DNA from: Ignavibacteria bacterium
GTDB taxonomy: Bacteria; Bacteroidota; Ignavibacteria; Tepidaquicellales; OLB5
Assembly: GCA_020852705.1 (NCBI GenBank)
Contig: JADZAP010000027.1
Span: 68,577-132,576, forward strand
Direction of reading: 5' to 3'
DNA: 64,000 nt
Below, one piece after another: positions 18,481-29,000 of the stretch. The position numbers were made by a program, and so were the translations under genes. The notes beneath the pieces are model-generated. The model had not been told where the DNA came from. It saw nothing but the letters and a program-made list of their open reading frames with translations, and made no database searches. The stretch's first letter is position 1; the number at the start of each line of letters is the position of its first letter.

Positions 18481-19152
18481 TTGATAAGCAGTTATTCAAA
18501 TTCAGGTTTAAGTTATATAGCAGTTGAAGGTGTTATAGGTGCCGGAAAAACATCTGTGGCTCAAATGCTTTCAGAAAGGCTTAATGCAAAACTTATCCTT
18601 GAAAATTTTGAAGATAATCCATTTCTTGAAAAATTCTATGTTAAGCCGGAAGAATATGCATTCAGGACACAAATGTTCTTTCTGCTTGAAAGATATTCTC
18701 ATCTTCAGGAAGTTCATCAAAAAGAATTGTTTCAGAATTTTGTTGTAAGCGATTATATTTTTGAAAAAGATAAGATATTTGCATACCTTAATTTAAGTGA
18801 TGATGAACTTAAAATATATGAACAGGTTGTGCAGGGATTGGATAAAGGAATAGTAATACCTGATCTTGTAATTTATCTGCAATCGCCAGTTGAGCGGCTT
18901 ATGATGAATATCAGGAAACGTAACAGAGAAATTGAAAAGGCAATTAGCGAAGAGTATATTTCAAGCCTTAATGAAGCTTATAATTATTTTTTTTCAAGAT
19001 ACAAATCAACAAAAATTATGATTGTGAATTGCGAAGAGATAGATTTTGTTAATAATACCGTTGATTTTGATAATCTTGTTAATGAAATATTTAATTCTGA
19101 ACTTTCTGCCGTAAAATATTATAATCCCGCAATTAGAAAAACAGCACTTTAG
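18481..19152 (+). CDS. deoxynucleoside kinase
   Basis: 223 aa with P-loop EGVIGAGKTS, ENPFLEKFY and an ERL..IRKRNRE lid-like motif. A TTG start is required, because the first in-frame ATG lies after the P-loop. Confidence 0.8.
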   Translation: MISSYSNSGLSYIAVEGVIGAGKTSVAQMLSERLNAKLILENFEDNPFLEKFYVKPEEYAFRTQMFFLLERYSHLQEVHQKELFQNFVVSDYIFEKDKIFAYLNLSDDELKIYEQVVQGLDKGIVIPDLVIYLQSPVERLMMNIRKRNREIEKAISEEYISSLNEAYNYFFSRYKSTKIMIVNCEEIDFVNNTVDFDNLVNEIFNSELSAVKYYNPAIRKTAL

Positions 19153-19160
19153 TAAAATGT

Positions 19161-19361
19161 ATGCGGTATGTAATTTTAGCAATACTAATCTATATCATTT
19201 ATCTTTTTATCAGAAGATTTCTTATAAGCCTGAATAACCGATCTGAACAAACAGAAAATAACAATAAATCTCAAACCCAAACTCCAAAAAAGAAATATGA
19301 TTTAAATATGATACAGGATGCAGAGTTTAGAGAAGTTAAAAAAGAGCCTGATAAAAAGTAA
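19161..19361 (+). CDS. small single-pass membrane protein
   Basis: 66 aa with an N-terminal TM helix (VILAILIYIIYLFI) and a polar, charged tail. It sits in a tight gene series. Function unknown. Confidence 0.4.
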   Translation: MRYVILAILIYIIYLFIRRFLISLNNRSEQTENNNKSQTQTPKKKYDLNMIQDAEFREVKKEPDKK

Positions 19362-19375
19362 CATGGAGCTAAATA

Positions 19376-20473
19376 TTGAGCAAAGCTGAAAAGGTATTAG
19401 GAGATATTGGTCTGAAATTTTTTAAAGGCTTTGTACTTGAACGAGATGTAAACCCTGCAGGAATTAATAAGGAAATTATCATCAGGATACTTGTAATTAT
19501 CAGGCATCAGTTTGGTGATATGCTTTGCTCACTTCCAATGCTTCAAGCTATCAGAAATGAATTTAAGAATGCTGAAATAATTCTTGTTACAAAATCATCA
19601 ACAAAGTTCAAGGAAATTTTCAAAGGTAATATTTCACCAGTAAACGAAGTTATAGAATATGAAAGCGGTTTTGAAAATTTTATAAATCTGATAAAATTAT
19701 TACGTGAAAAAAAAATAAATCTTGCAGTTGTTCCTTCAACTGTTATTTTTTCTGCCACAAATCACCTTGTAGCATATTATTCAAATGCTGCATTCAGAGT
19801 TGGTGTTAGGTCCAGAGATTTTTTATTAAATAAGGCAGGATATGTATTAAATATTAAAAATGATTTTTTGTGGGATTCAAAAAGAATACATCAAGTAAAC
19901 AGGAATCTGGATGTTATAAAACAGATAGGAATAGAGCCGGTAATTAATAATATAGAACTTCAATTGACCAATGAAGAGAATACATGGGCAGAAGAATACT
20001 ATAGAGAAAATTTTCCTGATGCTGCCAGAAAAGTAATTGGTATTCATCCGGGGGCAGCAAAACCTGGGAATGTTTGGCCAGCAGAAAAATTTGCTGAACT
20101 GCTGAATTTGTTATCGGAGAAATTTCCTTCATATTTTTACATTTCAGAAGGACCTGATGATAAAAAATACATAAATAAACTGGATGAAATTTTGAAACAC
20201 AAATACCCATTGGTTAGTTATAAAACTTTTTATGGAGATTTGATGAAAAACGCAGCAAATATTAGTAAAACGGCATTATTTATTTCAAATGATACGGGAA
20301 TAATGCATCTTGCAAGTGCTTTTAAAATGCCTGTTATTGGACTTTTTGGTCCTACAAATGCTTTTGAATGGGGACCTTTAGGTAATAATAAAGCTTCTGT
20401 TCAGGCATCAGGGGGAAAAATTGAAAATATTGAGATTATAAATGTTTTTGAAACTTGTTTACAGTATTTATAG
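19376..20473 (+). CDS. glycosyltransferase family 9 (heptosyltransferase-like)
   Basis: 365 aa with the GT9-typical HQFGDMLCSLP, IHPGAAKPGNVWPAEKF and SNDTGIMHLA. Confidence 0.75.
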   Translation: MSKAEKVLGDIGLKFFKGFVLERDVNPAGINKEIIIRILVIIRHQFGDMLCSLPMLQAIRNEFKNAEIILVTKSSTKFKEIFKGNISPVNEVIEYESGFENFINLIKLLREKKINLAVVPSTVIFSATNHLVAYYSNAAFRVGVRSRDFLLNKAGYVLNIKNDFLWDSKRIHQVNRNLDVIKQIGIEPVINNIELQLTNEENTWAEEYYRENFPDAARKVIGIHPGAAKPGNVWPAEKFAELLNLLSEKFPSYFYISEGPDDKKYINKLDEILKHKYPLVSYKTFYGDLMKNAANISKTALFISNDTGIMHLASAFKMPVIGLFGPTNAFEWGPLGNNKASVQASGGKIENIEIINVFETCLQYL

Positions 20474-20529
20474 GTTAAAATCTGTATAAATTTAACAAAA
20501 AACGGCTTTTTTACTGGTTTCCTTTTGTC

Positions 20530-20558
20530 TTGACATTATTTTATAAGCAATATATATT
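20530..20558 (+). promoter_or_regulatory. sigma70-like promoter TTGACA-N17-TATATT
   Basis: TTGACA lies at 20530-20535 and TATATT at 20553-20558, with an exact 17-nt spacer. The perfect 18-bp palindrome aagcaatatatattgctt (20545-20562) overlaps the -10 hexamer. Confidence 0.45.
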
Positions 20559-20663
20559 GCTTGTTAAAGAGGATAAAAAGTTATAGAATAATTGTTAGAG
20601 GTTTTTATTTCGGTTTTATTTTACGGATACCGCTAGCAATTTTTTATAGAGGATTTTGATAAA

Positions 20664-20702
20664 GCCGAATTGAACTAATTTTTTCAATTTCGGTTTTTTT
20701 AT
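20664..20702 (+). terminator. terminator-like hairpin plus T-run in the porU leader
   Basis: The stem ccgaattgaa/ttcaatttcgg is 10 bp with one bulge and an 8-nt loop, followed by T7. It ends about 22 nt before the porU ATG. Confidence 0.5.
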
Positions 20703-20724
20703 TTTAATTAATTTTATAATCAAA

Positions 20725-23700
20725 ATGAGGTTATTTAAGTTTTCCCTGATAGCTTTATTGTTGTTTGCTAGTGCAGATATGTTTGCACAGAGCAGAGATA
20801 TTTTTACAAAAGGTTCTGATAATAATGATGCTGGTAAAAATCAAAACAAATTACCCGATATTTCAGATTACTTATTTGGGGAAATTAAACCGGATTATAA
20901 GATAATTTCTTCAAATGCTAATTATATTGAAATTGAATATTCGCCAAAAGGAGTTTTAATTGAAAAGTTTTCAAATAACAGTGAAAATTTTACTTTGTAT
21001 TCATTTGAAAATGGTTTGGAAAGCGGTATTAATCAATCTGGTTCACCCGATTTACGTTTCAGAAGTTTTGGGTTGTTTTTACCTTCTGTAAGAAATAATG
21101 CTGTCCAGATAATTGATTACGATATGAAAGAGGAGCAGAATGTAAATATAGCACCAATTCCCCAAATGGGTATAGTTAACCCAAATTTACAGGGGTTTGA
21201 GAATATTAATTATATATACAATAAAGGAAACCAATACTCACAAAATAAGTTTTACCCTGAACAACCTGCAGCAATGGAAAATACAGGTCCGCTTCGAGAT
21301 GCAGTAACCGGGAATCTGGTAATTTATCCTTTTCAATATAATCCAGTAACACGAACATTAAGGCATTATTCCAGAATAAAAGTAAGAGTTACTTTTGGAG
21401 ATAAACCTGTACAGCTAAACAGACCAAGAAGCCGCGATGAAGTATCATTGCTTTCAAACAGTGCAATAAATTATAATACCGCTGCAAACTGGATGAATCC
21501 TGACTTAAAAAATGCTTACAAAGAAAGAGTAGTATCAAATAGTGTTCTATCTACAGGTGAATGGTATAAGATTGAAATTAAGGATAATAATGACGGCAAC
21601 AGTGAAGGCATTTATAAAATCACTAAATCATTTCTTGAAAATGCGGGAATAAATCTAAGCGGAATTGACCCTCGGACTATTAAGATGTATGGGAATGGCG
21701 GCGAACTTTTGCCGGAATTAATGGCAGAACCGCGTCCACAAGATTTGGTTGAAAATGCTATTTATATTGAAGGTGAAAATGATGGAGTATTTAATAATGA
21801 TGATTACATACTTTTTTTTGCTAAATCAATAAATACATGGCACTATGATTCAACTTTAAATATATTTAAACATAAAGTGAATTATTATTCTAGAAGTAAT
21901 TACTATTGGATATGTTTTAATACATCGGGCAACGGGAAAAGAATGGCATTATCACCATCTGAAAGCGGAAATCCGTTTATTGTGCCAACATCATTTACTG
22001 AAAAAATTTATACTGAACCTGAAGAAGAAAATCTGATAAGTGAAGGTAATTTATGGCTAAGCTTCAGCCGAAGACCCGGGCAATCAATTGAATGGAATAC
22101 TACTTTAACCGGTTTAGAAGCCGGTTCAGATATACTTTACAGAATTAAACTGGCTCAAAGGGTTTTATGCCCAAACTCGGGATATTTTCAGGTAAAAGAT
22201 GATTATTCAAATATGTCTGAATTTCTTTTCCCCCTTTCATGTGTAGTTGCAGGTTTTAACGAGTGGATAAATACTACCGATAATAGTTTTACCTTAAATC
22301 AGTCGCAAAAAACAAACGGAGAACAGATAAAATTAAGATCAACATTTTATGCAACTAACGGAGAAGCCGAAGGTTATCTTGATTGGTATGAAATTCAATA
22401 TAAAAGAAGATTTAATTCAACAACAAATGATCTGCTCAGGTTTAACTCACCCGATACATCAGGTATTATTGAGTATAATGTTTCTTCTTTTTCCGGCAAC
22501 AGTATCAGAGTATTTGATGCCACAGCTTCCAGTGATGTTAAAATGATTCAGCCATTAGAGGCATCATCATCAAATGTAAGATTTAGAAAGACTGCAATTC
22601 CGAATAACTTAAGCACTTTTTTGGTAGTTGGACCAAATGGTTACAAAACTCCAACATATATCTCTTCAAGGATAACAAATCAAAACCTGCACGGTATTGC
22701 GGATGGTTACAATTTTATAATTATTACACATAAGGATTTTATCCCTGCAGCCGAGAGACTAAAAAATAAAAGAGAACAAGGCGGAGCTACTAACCCTGAT
22801 TATCTAAGAACTTTGGTTGTTACTACAGATCAGATTTTCAATGAATTTTCAGGGGGAGTTCTTGATGCTGTTGCAATAAGAGATTTTATAAAATATGCTT
22901 TTGATAACTGGCAAACACGTCCGGCATATGTTTGTTTAGTAGGAGACGGGAGTTTTGATTATAAAGGTTTAAGGTCCGGCAGCGGTATAAATTATGTTCC
23001 CGCCTGGGAGCTTACCTCACCGCAGATACATCAGGTAGAAGGTGCTGCAACAGATGATTTTTTTGTGAATGTGGTTGATGGCGGAAACTTAATTGATAAA
23101 CCTGATCTTGCAATTGGCAGAATCCCGGCTAACTCTTTAGTTGATGCAAATAACTATCTTGATAAAGTAGATGTTTATGAAAGCGGTGAATATAACGGCT
23201 ATTGGAAAAACAGAATGATGTTTGCAGCTGATGATGAAAGAACTACATCACCTGATTGCGAAGGTATATTTCATCTTACTCAATGTGAAACTTTAGCCGA
23301 ACAATATACACCGGCATATATTGATAAAATTAAAGTATATCTTGCTACTTATCCAACAGTAATTACACCACAAGGAAGAAGGAAACCGCAGGTAAATGCA
23401 GATATTGCAAGATACTGGTCTGAAGGAGTAATGAATATTCACTGGACTGGTCACGGCAGCCCTGATGTTTGGGCACATGAATACGTTCTTGAAAAGGATA
23501 ATATACTTAGCTTGATAAATAATACAAACAGATACCCGTTTGTTACCATTGCAAGCTGCGACATGAGCAAATTTGATAATCCTTCAAATGTAAGTGCCGG
23601 AGAGCTATTTATGATGGCAAACGGCAAAGGTGCAATTGGCACAATGGCTGCCTCGAGACCCGTATATGCTTCAGGAAATGCTGCACTTTTTTATCAGGTG

Positions 23701-24906
23701 TTTGCTAATATGTATATACCAAGAGATACTTTACTTCTGCAGAAAAGATTCGGGAATGCCATATTCAATACTAAGCAGGTTATACCATACAGCCTTAATG
23801 ATGCAAAATATATATTAATGTGTGATCCAACATTAAGATCGCAAATTCCAAGGTTTCAATCTGTCATAGATAGTATAAGCGGCTTATCAGGTGATACTAT
23901 GAAAGCATTAAGTAATATAAAAATATATGGTTCAATTAATCATCCTGATAATACATTATGGAGTGACTACAACGGGAAGATAGTTCTTAAAATATATGAT
24001 GTTGACAGAAATGCACAAACTCAGGAAGATTGTAATCCGCCTATAGTACAGGATTTTAGACTTAATGGAGGGATTATTTTTTCTGGAACTAAGTCGGTAA
24101 CTAACGGTAAGTGGTCAGTAGAGTTCATTGTTCCTAAAGATATTTCGTATCAAAATCAGCAAGGAAGACTTATAAACTATTTCTATAATAACCAATATGA
24201 TGGTTCCGGGATCTTCCGTAATTTTATAGTTGGCGGAATTAATCCAAATGCATCTGTTGATTCAACCGGTCCGCATATCTCAATGTATATGAATACGAGA
24301 AATTTCAGGTCAGGAGATATTGTTAATACAAATACAAAATTAATAGCAGATCTATTTGACGAATCAGGAATTAACACAACAGGAACACTTGGCCATAAAC
24401 TTGAAGGAATCCTTGATGGAAATGAAAATAATAAAATTGATCTGACTAATTTTTATAACAGCGATACTACATATAAATCAGGTTCCATTGAATATGATTT
24501 TAGCGGACTTTCAGTAGGTAACCATAATCTTAGATTGAGAGCATGGGATACATACAATAATTCATCAGATGCAACGATTGATTTTACTGTAGCCACAACA
24601 GGAACATTGCAGGTTACTAATATTTATAATTATCCTAATCCTTTCAGCGGAAATACTGCATTTACATTTCAGCATAACTATCCTGCGGATGTTAATGTAA
24701 AAATAAAGATATATACTGTAGCCGGCAGACTGATAAAGGAAATTGAGCAAAATAATATATCGGATAAATTTGTAATGATTCCATGGGATGGGAAAGATCA
24801 AGACGGTGAAACATTGGGAAATGGTGTTTATATTTACAAAATAGTAGTAGAATCTGTTGATGGTCTTACAGTTACAAATACAGGTAAATTAGCGGTATTA
24901 AAGTAA
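20725..24906 (+). CDS. porU: type IX secretion system sortase PorU (peptidase C25 family)
   Basis: 1393 aa with a signal peptide. A gingipain-type catalytic dyad is present: His910 in WTGHGSPD and Cys945 in TIASCDMS. The C-terminal sorting domain reads YNYPNPFSGNTAFTF...GVYIYKIVV..GKLAVLK. porV lies immediately downstream. Confidence 0.8.
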   Translation: MRLFKFSLIALLLFASADMFAQSRDIFTKGSDNNDAGKNQNKLPDISDYLFGEIKPDYKIISSNANYIEIEYSPKGVLIEKFSNNSENFTLYSFENGLESGINQSGSPDLRFRSFGLFLPSVRNNAVQIIDYDMKEEQNVNIAPIPQMGIVNPNLQGFENINYIYNKGNQYSQNKFYPEQPAAMENTGPLRDAVTGNLVIYPFQYNPVTRTLRHYSRIKVRVTFGDKPVQLNRPRSRDEVSLLSNSAINYNTAANWMNPDLKNAYKERVVSNSVLSTGEWYKIEIKDNNDGNSEGIYKITKSFLENAGINLSGIDPRTIKMYGNGGELLPELMAEPRPQDLVENAIYIEGENDGVFNNDDYILFFAKSINTWHYDSTLNIFKHKVNYYSRSNYYWICFNTSGNGKRMALSPSESGNPFIVPTSFTEKIYTEPEEENLISEGNLWLSFSRRPGQSIEWNTTLTGLEAGSDILYRIKLAQRVLCPNSGYFQVKDDYSNMSEFLFPLSCVVAGFNEWINTTDNSFTLNQSQKTNGEQIKLRSTFYATNGEAEGYLDWYEIQYKRRFNSTTNDLLRFNSPDTSGIIEYNVSSFSGNSIRVFDATASSDVKMIQPLEASSSNVRFRKTAIPNNLSTFLVVGPNGYKTPTYISSRITNQNLHGIADGYNFIIITHKDFIPAAERLKNKREQGGATNPDYLRTLVVTTDQIFNEFSGGVLDAVAIRDFIKYAFDNWQTRPAYVCLVGDGSFDYKGLRSGSGINYVPAWELTSPQIHQVEGAATDDFFVNVVDGGNLIDKPDLAIGRIPANSLVDANNYLDKVDVYESGEYNGYWKNRMMFAADDERTTSPDCEGIFHLTQCETLAEQYTPAYIDKIKVYLATYPTVITPQGRRKPQVNADIARYWSEGVMNIHWTGHGSPDVWAHEYVLEKDNILSLINNTNRYPFVTIASCDMSKFDNPSNVSAGELFMMANGKGAIGTMAASRPVYASGNAALFYQVFANMYIPRDTLLLQKRFGNAIFNTKQVIPYSLNDAKYILMCDPTLRSQIPRFQSVIDSISGLSGDTMKALSNIKIYGSINHPDNTLWSDYNGKIVLKIYDVDRNAQTQEDCNPPIVQDFRLNGGIIFSGTKSVTNGKWSVEFIVPKDISYQNQQGRLINYFYNNQYDGSGIFRNFIVGGINPNASVDSTGPHISMYMNTRNFRSGDIVNTNTKLIADLFDESGINTTGTLGHKLEGILDGNENNKIDLTNFYNSDTTYKSGSIEYDFSGLSVGNHNLRLRAWDTYNNSSDATIDFTVATTGTLQVTNIYNYPNPFSGNTAFTFQHNYPADVNVKIKIYTVAGRLIKEIEQNNISDKFVMIPWDGKDQDGETLGNGVYIYKIVVESVDGLTVTNTGKLAVLK

Positions 24907-24946
24907 AATTAATAATAACATATACTTATCCAGGAGGATTTTTTAA

Positions 24947-26092
24947 ATGCTGAAATTAAAATTATGTGTGATGGCGGCAGTAATAGTTGTGCTATCAGGC
25001 AGAGTATTTGCACAGGGTGAATCTGCAGTACCCTTTCTTTTGATAGGTCCAAACTCGCTAAATGCAGGAATGGGTGAAACCGGAACAGGAATGATAAACG
25101 ATGCATCAGCAATGTTCTGGAATCCTGCAGGATTGGGATTTCAGAAAGGTGCACAGGTTTCTATAACTCACTCACCATGGTTACCGGGTTTAGGACTTTC
25201 AGATCTGTTTTATGATTATCTTGCAGGCAAATATTATTTTAAAAAGTTGAAAGGTACACTTGGAGTTAGTGTAACTTATTTGAATATTGGTACAATTATA
25301 CAAACTGATGAATTTGGCAATCAGATTGGAGAATATAAAGCTTTTGATGGTGCACTTGCTGTTGGTTACGGTACCAAAGTAACAAAGGATCTGGGTGTTG
25401 GAATTGTAACAAGATTTATTTACAGTAAACTTTCAACCGGTAAGGTAGGTAACGAGCAGGGTTCAGGTACAGCTTATGATCTTAGTTTTGATATTTCAGC
25501 TTTATACAGACCTTCAAAAACAAAGTTAAAATTTTTAAATAATAAGTTTGGAGTTGGTATTAATATATCTAACATAGGTCCAAAAGTTACATATGTTGAT
25601 AACGATCAGGCAGATCCTCTTCCAACTAACTTAAGGCTTGGTTTTGCATACGACCTTTATCAAAGCGAATTTAATAATTTAACCATTACTGCAGATTTTG
25701 CCAAACTGCTTGTTAAAAGAAGAGAAGACGGCAAATCTGATCCAGTTTACAAAGGAATTTTTACATCATTTGGCGGCGGATTTAATAATGTCATGAAATC
25801 AATCCAGTCATCTGTTGGAGCTGAATACTGGTATGGCAATCCAAAACTTATAGGTTTAAGAGGCGGATTTTTTTATGAAGACCCTGACAGGGGTAAAAGA
25901 AAGTTCATTACACTTGGAGCAAGCATAAGGTATAGTATGTATGGATTTGATTTTAGTTATATTAATACTATAGAAGAAAATCATCCATTAGCAAATACTT
26001 TAAGATTTACCCTTTCAGTTAATTTTGGTGCTCAGGAAAAAACTGTAAAAAAACCGGAAGAAAAGAAATCCGAAGAACAACCCAAGAAATAG
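24947..26092 (+). CDS. porV: type IX secretion system outer-membrane protein PorV (LptO)
   Basis: 381 aa with a signal peptide, then AVPFLLIGPNSLNAGMGETGTG..DASAMFWNPAGLGF, which matches the PorV/PorQ N-terminal signature. A perfect AGGAGG lies about 9 nt upstream of the ATG. Confidence 0.85.
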   Translation: MLKLKLCVMAAVIVVLSGRVFAQGESAVPFLLIGPNSLNAGMGETGTGMINDASAMFWNPAGLGFQKGAQVSITHSPWLPGLGLSDLFYDYLAGKYYFKKLKGTLGVSVTYLNIGTIIQTDEFGNQIGEYKAFDGALAVGYGTKVTKDLGVGIVTRFIYSKLSTGKVGNEQGSGTAYDLSFDISALYRPSKTKLKFLNNKFGVGINISNIGPKVTYVDNDQADPLPTNLRLGFAYDLYQSEFNNLTITADFAKLLVKRREDGKSDPVYKGIFTSFGGGFNNVMKSIQSSVGAEYWYGNPKLIGLRGGFFYEDPDRGKRKFITLGASIRYSMYGFDFSYINTIEENHPLANTLRFTLSVNFGAQEKTVKKPEEKKSEEQPKK

Positions 26093-26095
26093 TAA

Positions 26096-29000
26096 ATGAT
26101 AATTTTTAATTCGCTTATAAAAGTGCGGATACCGGCAGTGATACTACTGTTGGTATCCGTTAGCTTTTTGGTATATCCTGCTCAGATTTATTCACAAGCA
26201 AATAATCTTCTTACCGGGAATACCCGTGATAAGATTTTTAGATTAACTCATCCGCTAAATTATAATCCGGAAACCAAGACTACTGAAACTTACAACAATA
26301 TAATGTTCAGAACTTTGCTTCCTGAAACATTAAATGTTTACGCTCTTAGGGTACAATTTAAAACTGATGACAATCCACAGACTACCGGGAACGGCAGGTT
26401 TGATGTTTCTACTAATTACCCTGACTCAGTAGATGCACCTCCTCATGATAGCCTTTATTTTATTTATAAACTTGAATTCCTTAAAAACTATTATTACAAA
26501 GCATCTAAAGGAAAGCTTATTATTAAATATACACTTTTTCCCGGTGTAAGAAATCTTTCAAACGAAATGGAATCTTATTCACCTCGCAGGACAGAAAATC
26601 TATCAAGAATGGGAAATCTATTTTTTGATGTGTGGCGATCTGCTGATAGCACAATAGATTTCTCGGGAATTAACCCTAACAATTCTGCATTTATTATTTT
26701 TCATGCAGGAGTTGGCAGAGATGTTGACTTGGAATCCCAAGGACTTTTTGTTGGTCAGCTAGACCTTCCTTCTATATACATGAGCCAAAGTTCTCTAAAA
26801 TCAGTTTTTGGTGATACAACACAAGGTTATTATACTAATGAAGGATTAATAATTAAAAATTCCTGTATGCTTCCTGAACAAGAATACAGAATTGTAAATA
26901 CAAGTTTTGGTGATGTTTATCTGGAGCTTGGAATGAATGGCATAGTTGTTGCGACCATAGGAAGTCATCTTGGGCTGCCAGATCTTTTTAATACTAATGA
27001 CGGAACAACAGCAATAGGCAGATTTGGATTAATGGATGGACAGGCAATATTTAGTTACCTCGGGGTTTTTCCTCCGGAGCCATCTGCATGGGAAAAGCAA
27101 TATCTGGGCTGGGTTGAACCTAATTCCTTGTTTACCAGCGGATCATTTACAACTAAAGCTGCATCAATAGATGTAAATGGCAATGAATCTGTCTATAAAA
27201 TATTAATAAGCGGTAAAGAATATTTTCTGGTTGAAAACCGGAACCGTGACGCTAACAATAACGGACAGACAATATATTATGTATCACAGGGAGTAAATCA
27301 GTCAGTTAATTTTACCAAAGATGAAGATGGTTTTAACAGCTCTGATATATGGAAGTTAAAAGGCAGTATTACTGATGTTGATGAGCTTGACTGGAGCCTG
27401 CCCGGTTTAAAAAATGATACTGCTAATTATCAGGGAGGTATTATTGTTTGGCACATAGATGAAAATGTTATTGATGCAAAGATAGCGAGTAATACTATTA
27501 ATAATGATATTAACCACCGCGGAGTAGATGTTGAAGAAGCTAAAGGTTCACAGGATATAGGAGTTGTTGTTTCAACTCCGCTGGGTGATATTATCAGTGA
27601 CGGTTTTTTTGTGGATTTCTGGTATAACGGCAATCATTACCGTCCATCAAATATATACAGAAACGAATTTAATAATACATCATTTCCAAATTCCAAAAGC
27701 TATTCAAATGTAAATTCACGTGTATGCTTAAGTCAATTCAGTCAGATTGGTTCTTCAATGACTTTTAACTATGAAGTATGCGGAGATGTAGCCAATATAA
27801 ACAGTTTTCCAAGATTTGTTGGCAAAGATATTTCAGGGAATTCACAAGCTATGGGATTTGATTTCAATAATAACGGATTTGATGAAATATTTGTAAACGT
27901 AAATGATTCTCTCTTCGGTTTTCGTGATAACGGAAACTCAATAAGAGTTGATATGCCAAATGGGTATTTAAAGGATAGTGCTTCAACCTATGCAGCAGGT
28001 TTTCTGAATTACAGTCTTTCAGGTAATTCAAAAACTATAATTGGTGTAACGGGAAACAAGTTAAATCTGATAACATTTAATATTGATTCAAACACTACTG
28101 CACCATTAGTGCAGAGTATTGATGCAGGGGTAAGGTTAACTACTCCTGATTTGTTTATTGGTGATATAAATCAACAGAGTGTGAATAATATTATTTTTTC
28201 AGGAACGCAAAGCGGCAGAATTGCAAAATTTAGAACCGATAGTCTGCTCGTAACATTTGATTCAGTTTCTAATTTACCAATAATTTCACTTGCAAGAAAA
28301 TTAAACGGTAATTTACCTGTTTCATACGCCTATATAAATAATTCGTATAAATTTTTTGCCTCAAGCAATATTTTATTTTATCAGCCTGCAGATTCAGTTA
28401 CTTCTCCTGTAAAAATTACAAATGATAACAGAATATTAAGACAGTCATTATCCGGAGGAGATACTGTAATTTCAGGCAATCTTGGAATATTATCTGTAAA
28501 TTCAACTCCAACTATTTGTGACCTTAACGGTGATGGTGAACAAGAGATAATTTTAACCGCTGATAATAAAATATATGCAATAAATAAATTTGGCGTTGTA
28601 CTTGATAACTTTCCGTTAAGTATTCCGAATGTTTCTTCTATAACTGGCGGGGTTGCAGTTGCTGATCTAAATAACGACGGAACAGCTGAAGTTATTTTTG
28701 GTACAGGCGAAGGAAGACTATATGCATACAGTATTAACGGGAAAATACTGGATGGTTTTCCGCTTTTAACAGGAGGCAGGATAAGTTCAACGCCGGCTGT
28801 AATAAATTCAAACGGTAATTTTGGGTTATTGATATATTCTGAAGATGGTTATTTATACGGCTTTAGGACAGAATGGGCTTATAATGGGAATAAAATTTTA
28901 TGGAAAAACTTTTTAAGAAATGCAGAACATTCAAATAACGGTGCCGGAAGTATAACAACGGTAAGTTCAAATCAGCCTTGTCTTCCATCAGATAAGGTGT

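Noticed and set aside
18539-18748. 69-aa same-strand alternative-frame ORF inside the deoxynucleoside kinase gene
   Set aside because: The kinase frame carries the P-loop and family motifs through this region. The alternative frame has no features and no ribosome-binding site.
20645-20654. Shared motif tatagagg(a/t)t upstream of porU and again at 58803-58813 upstream of the T9SS-cargo gene, as a possible T9SS regulon box
   Set aside because: An 8-9-mer shared between two AT-rich regions of 250-380 bp is expected by chance about once. There is not enough evidence without genome-wide enrichment.
24909-25154. 81-aa minus-strand ORF spanning the porU-porV junction
   Set aside because: It overlaps the porV N-terminus, which has a clear signal peptide, family signature and AGGAGG ribosome-binding site. 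Nothing supports the antisense frame.
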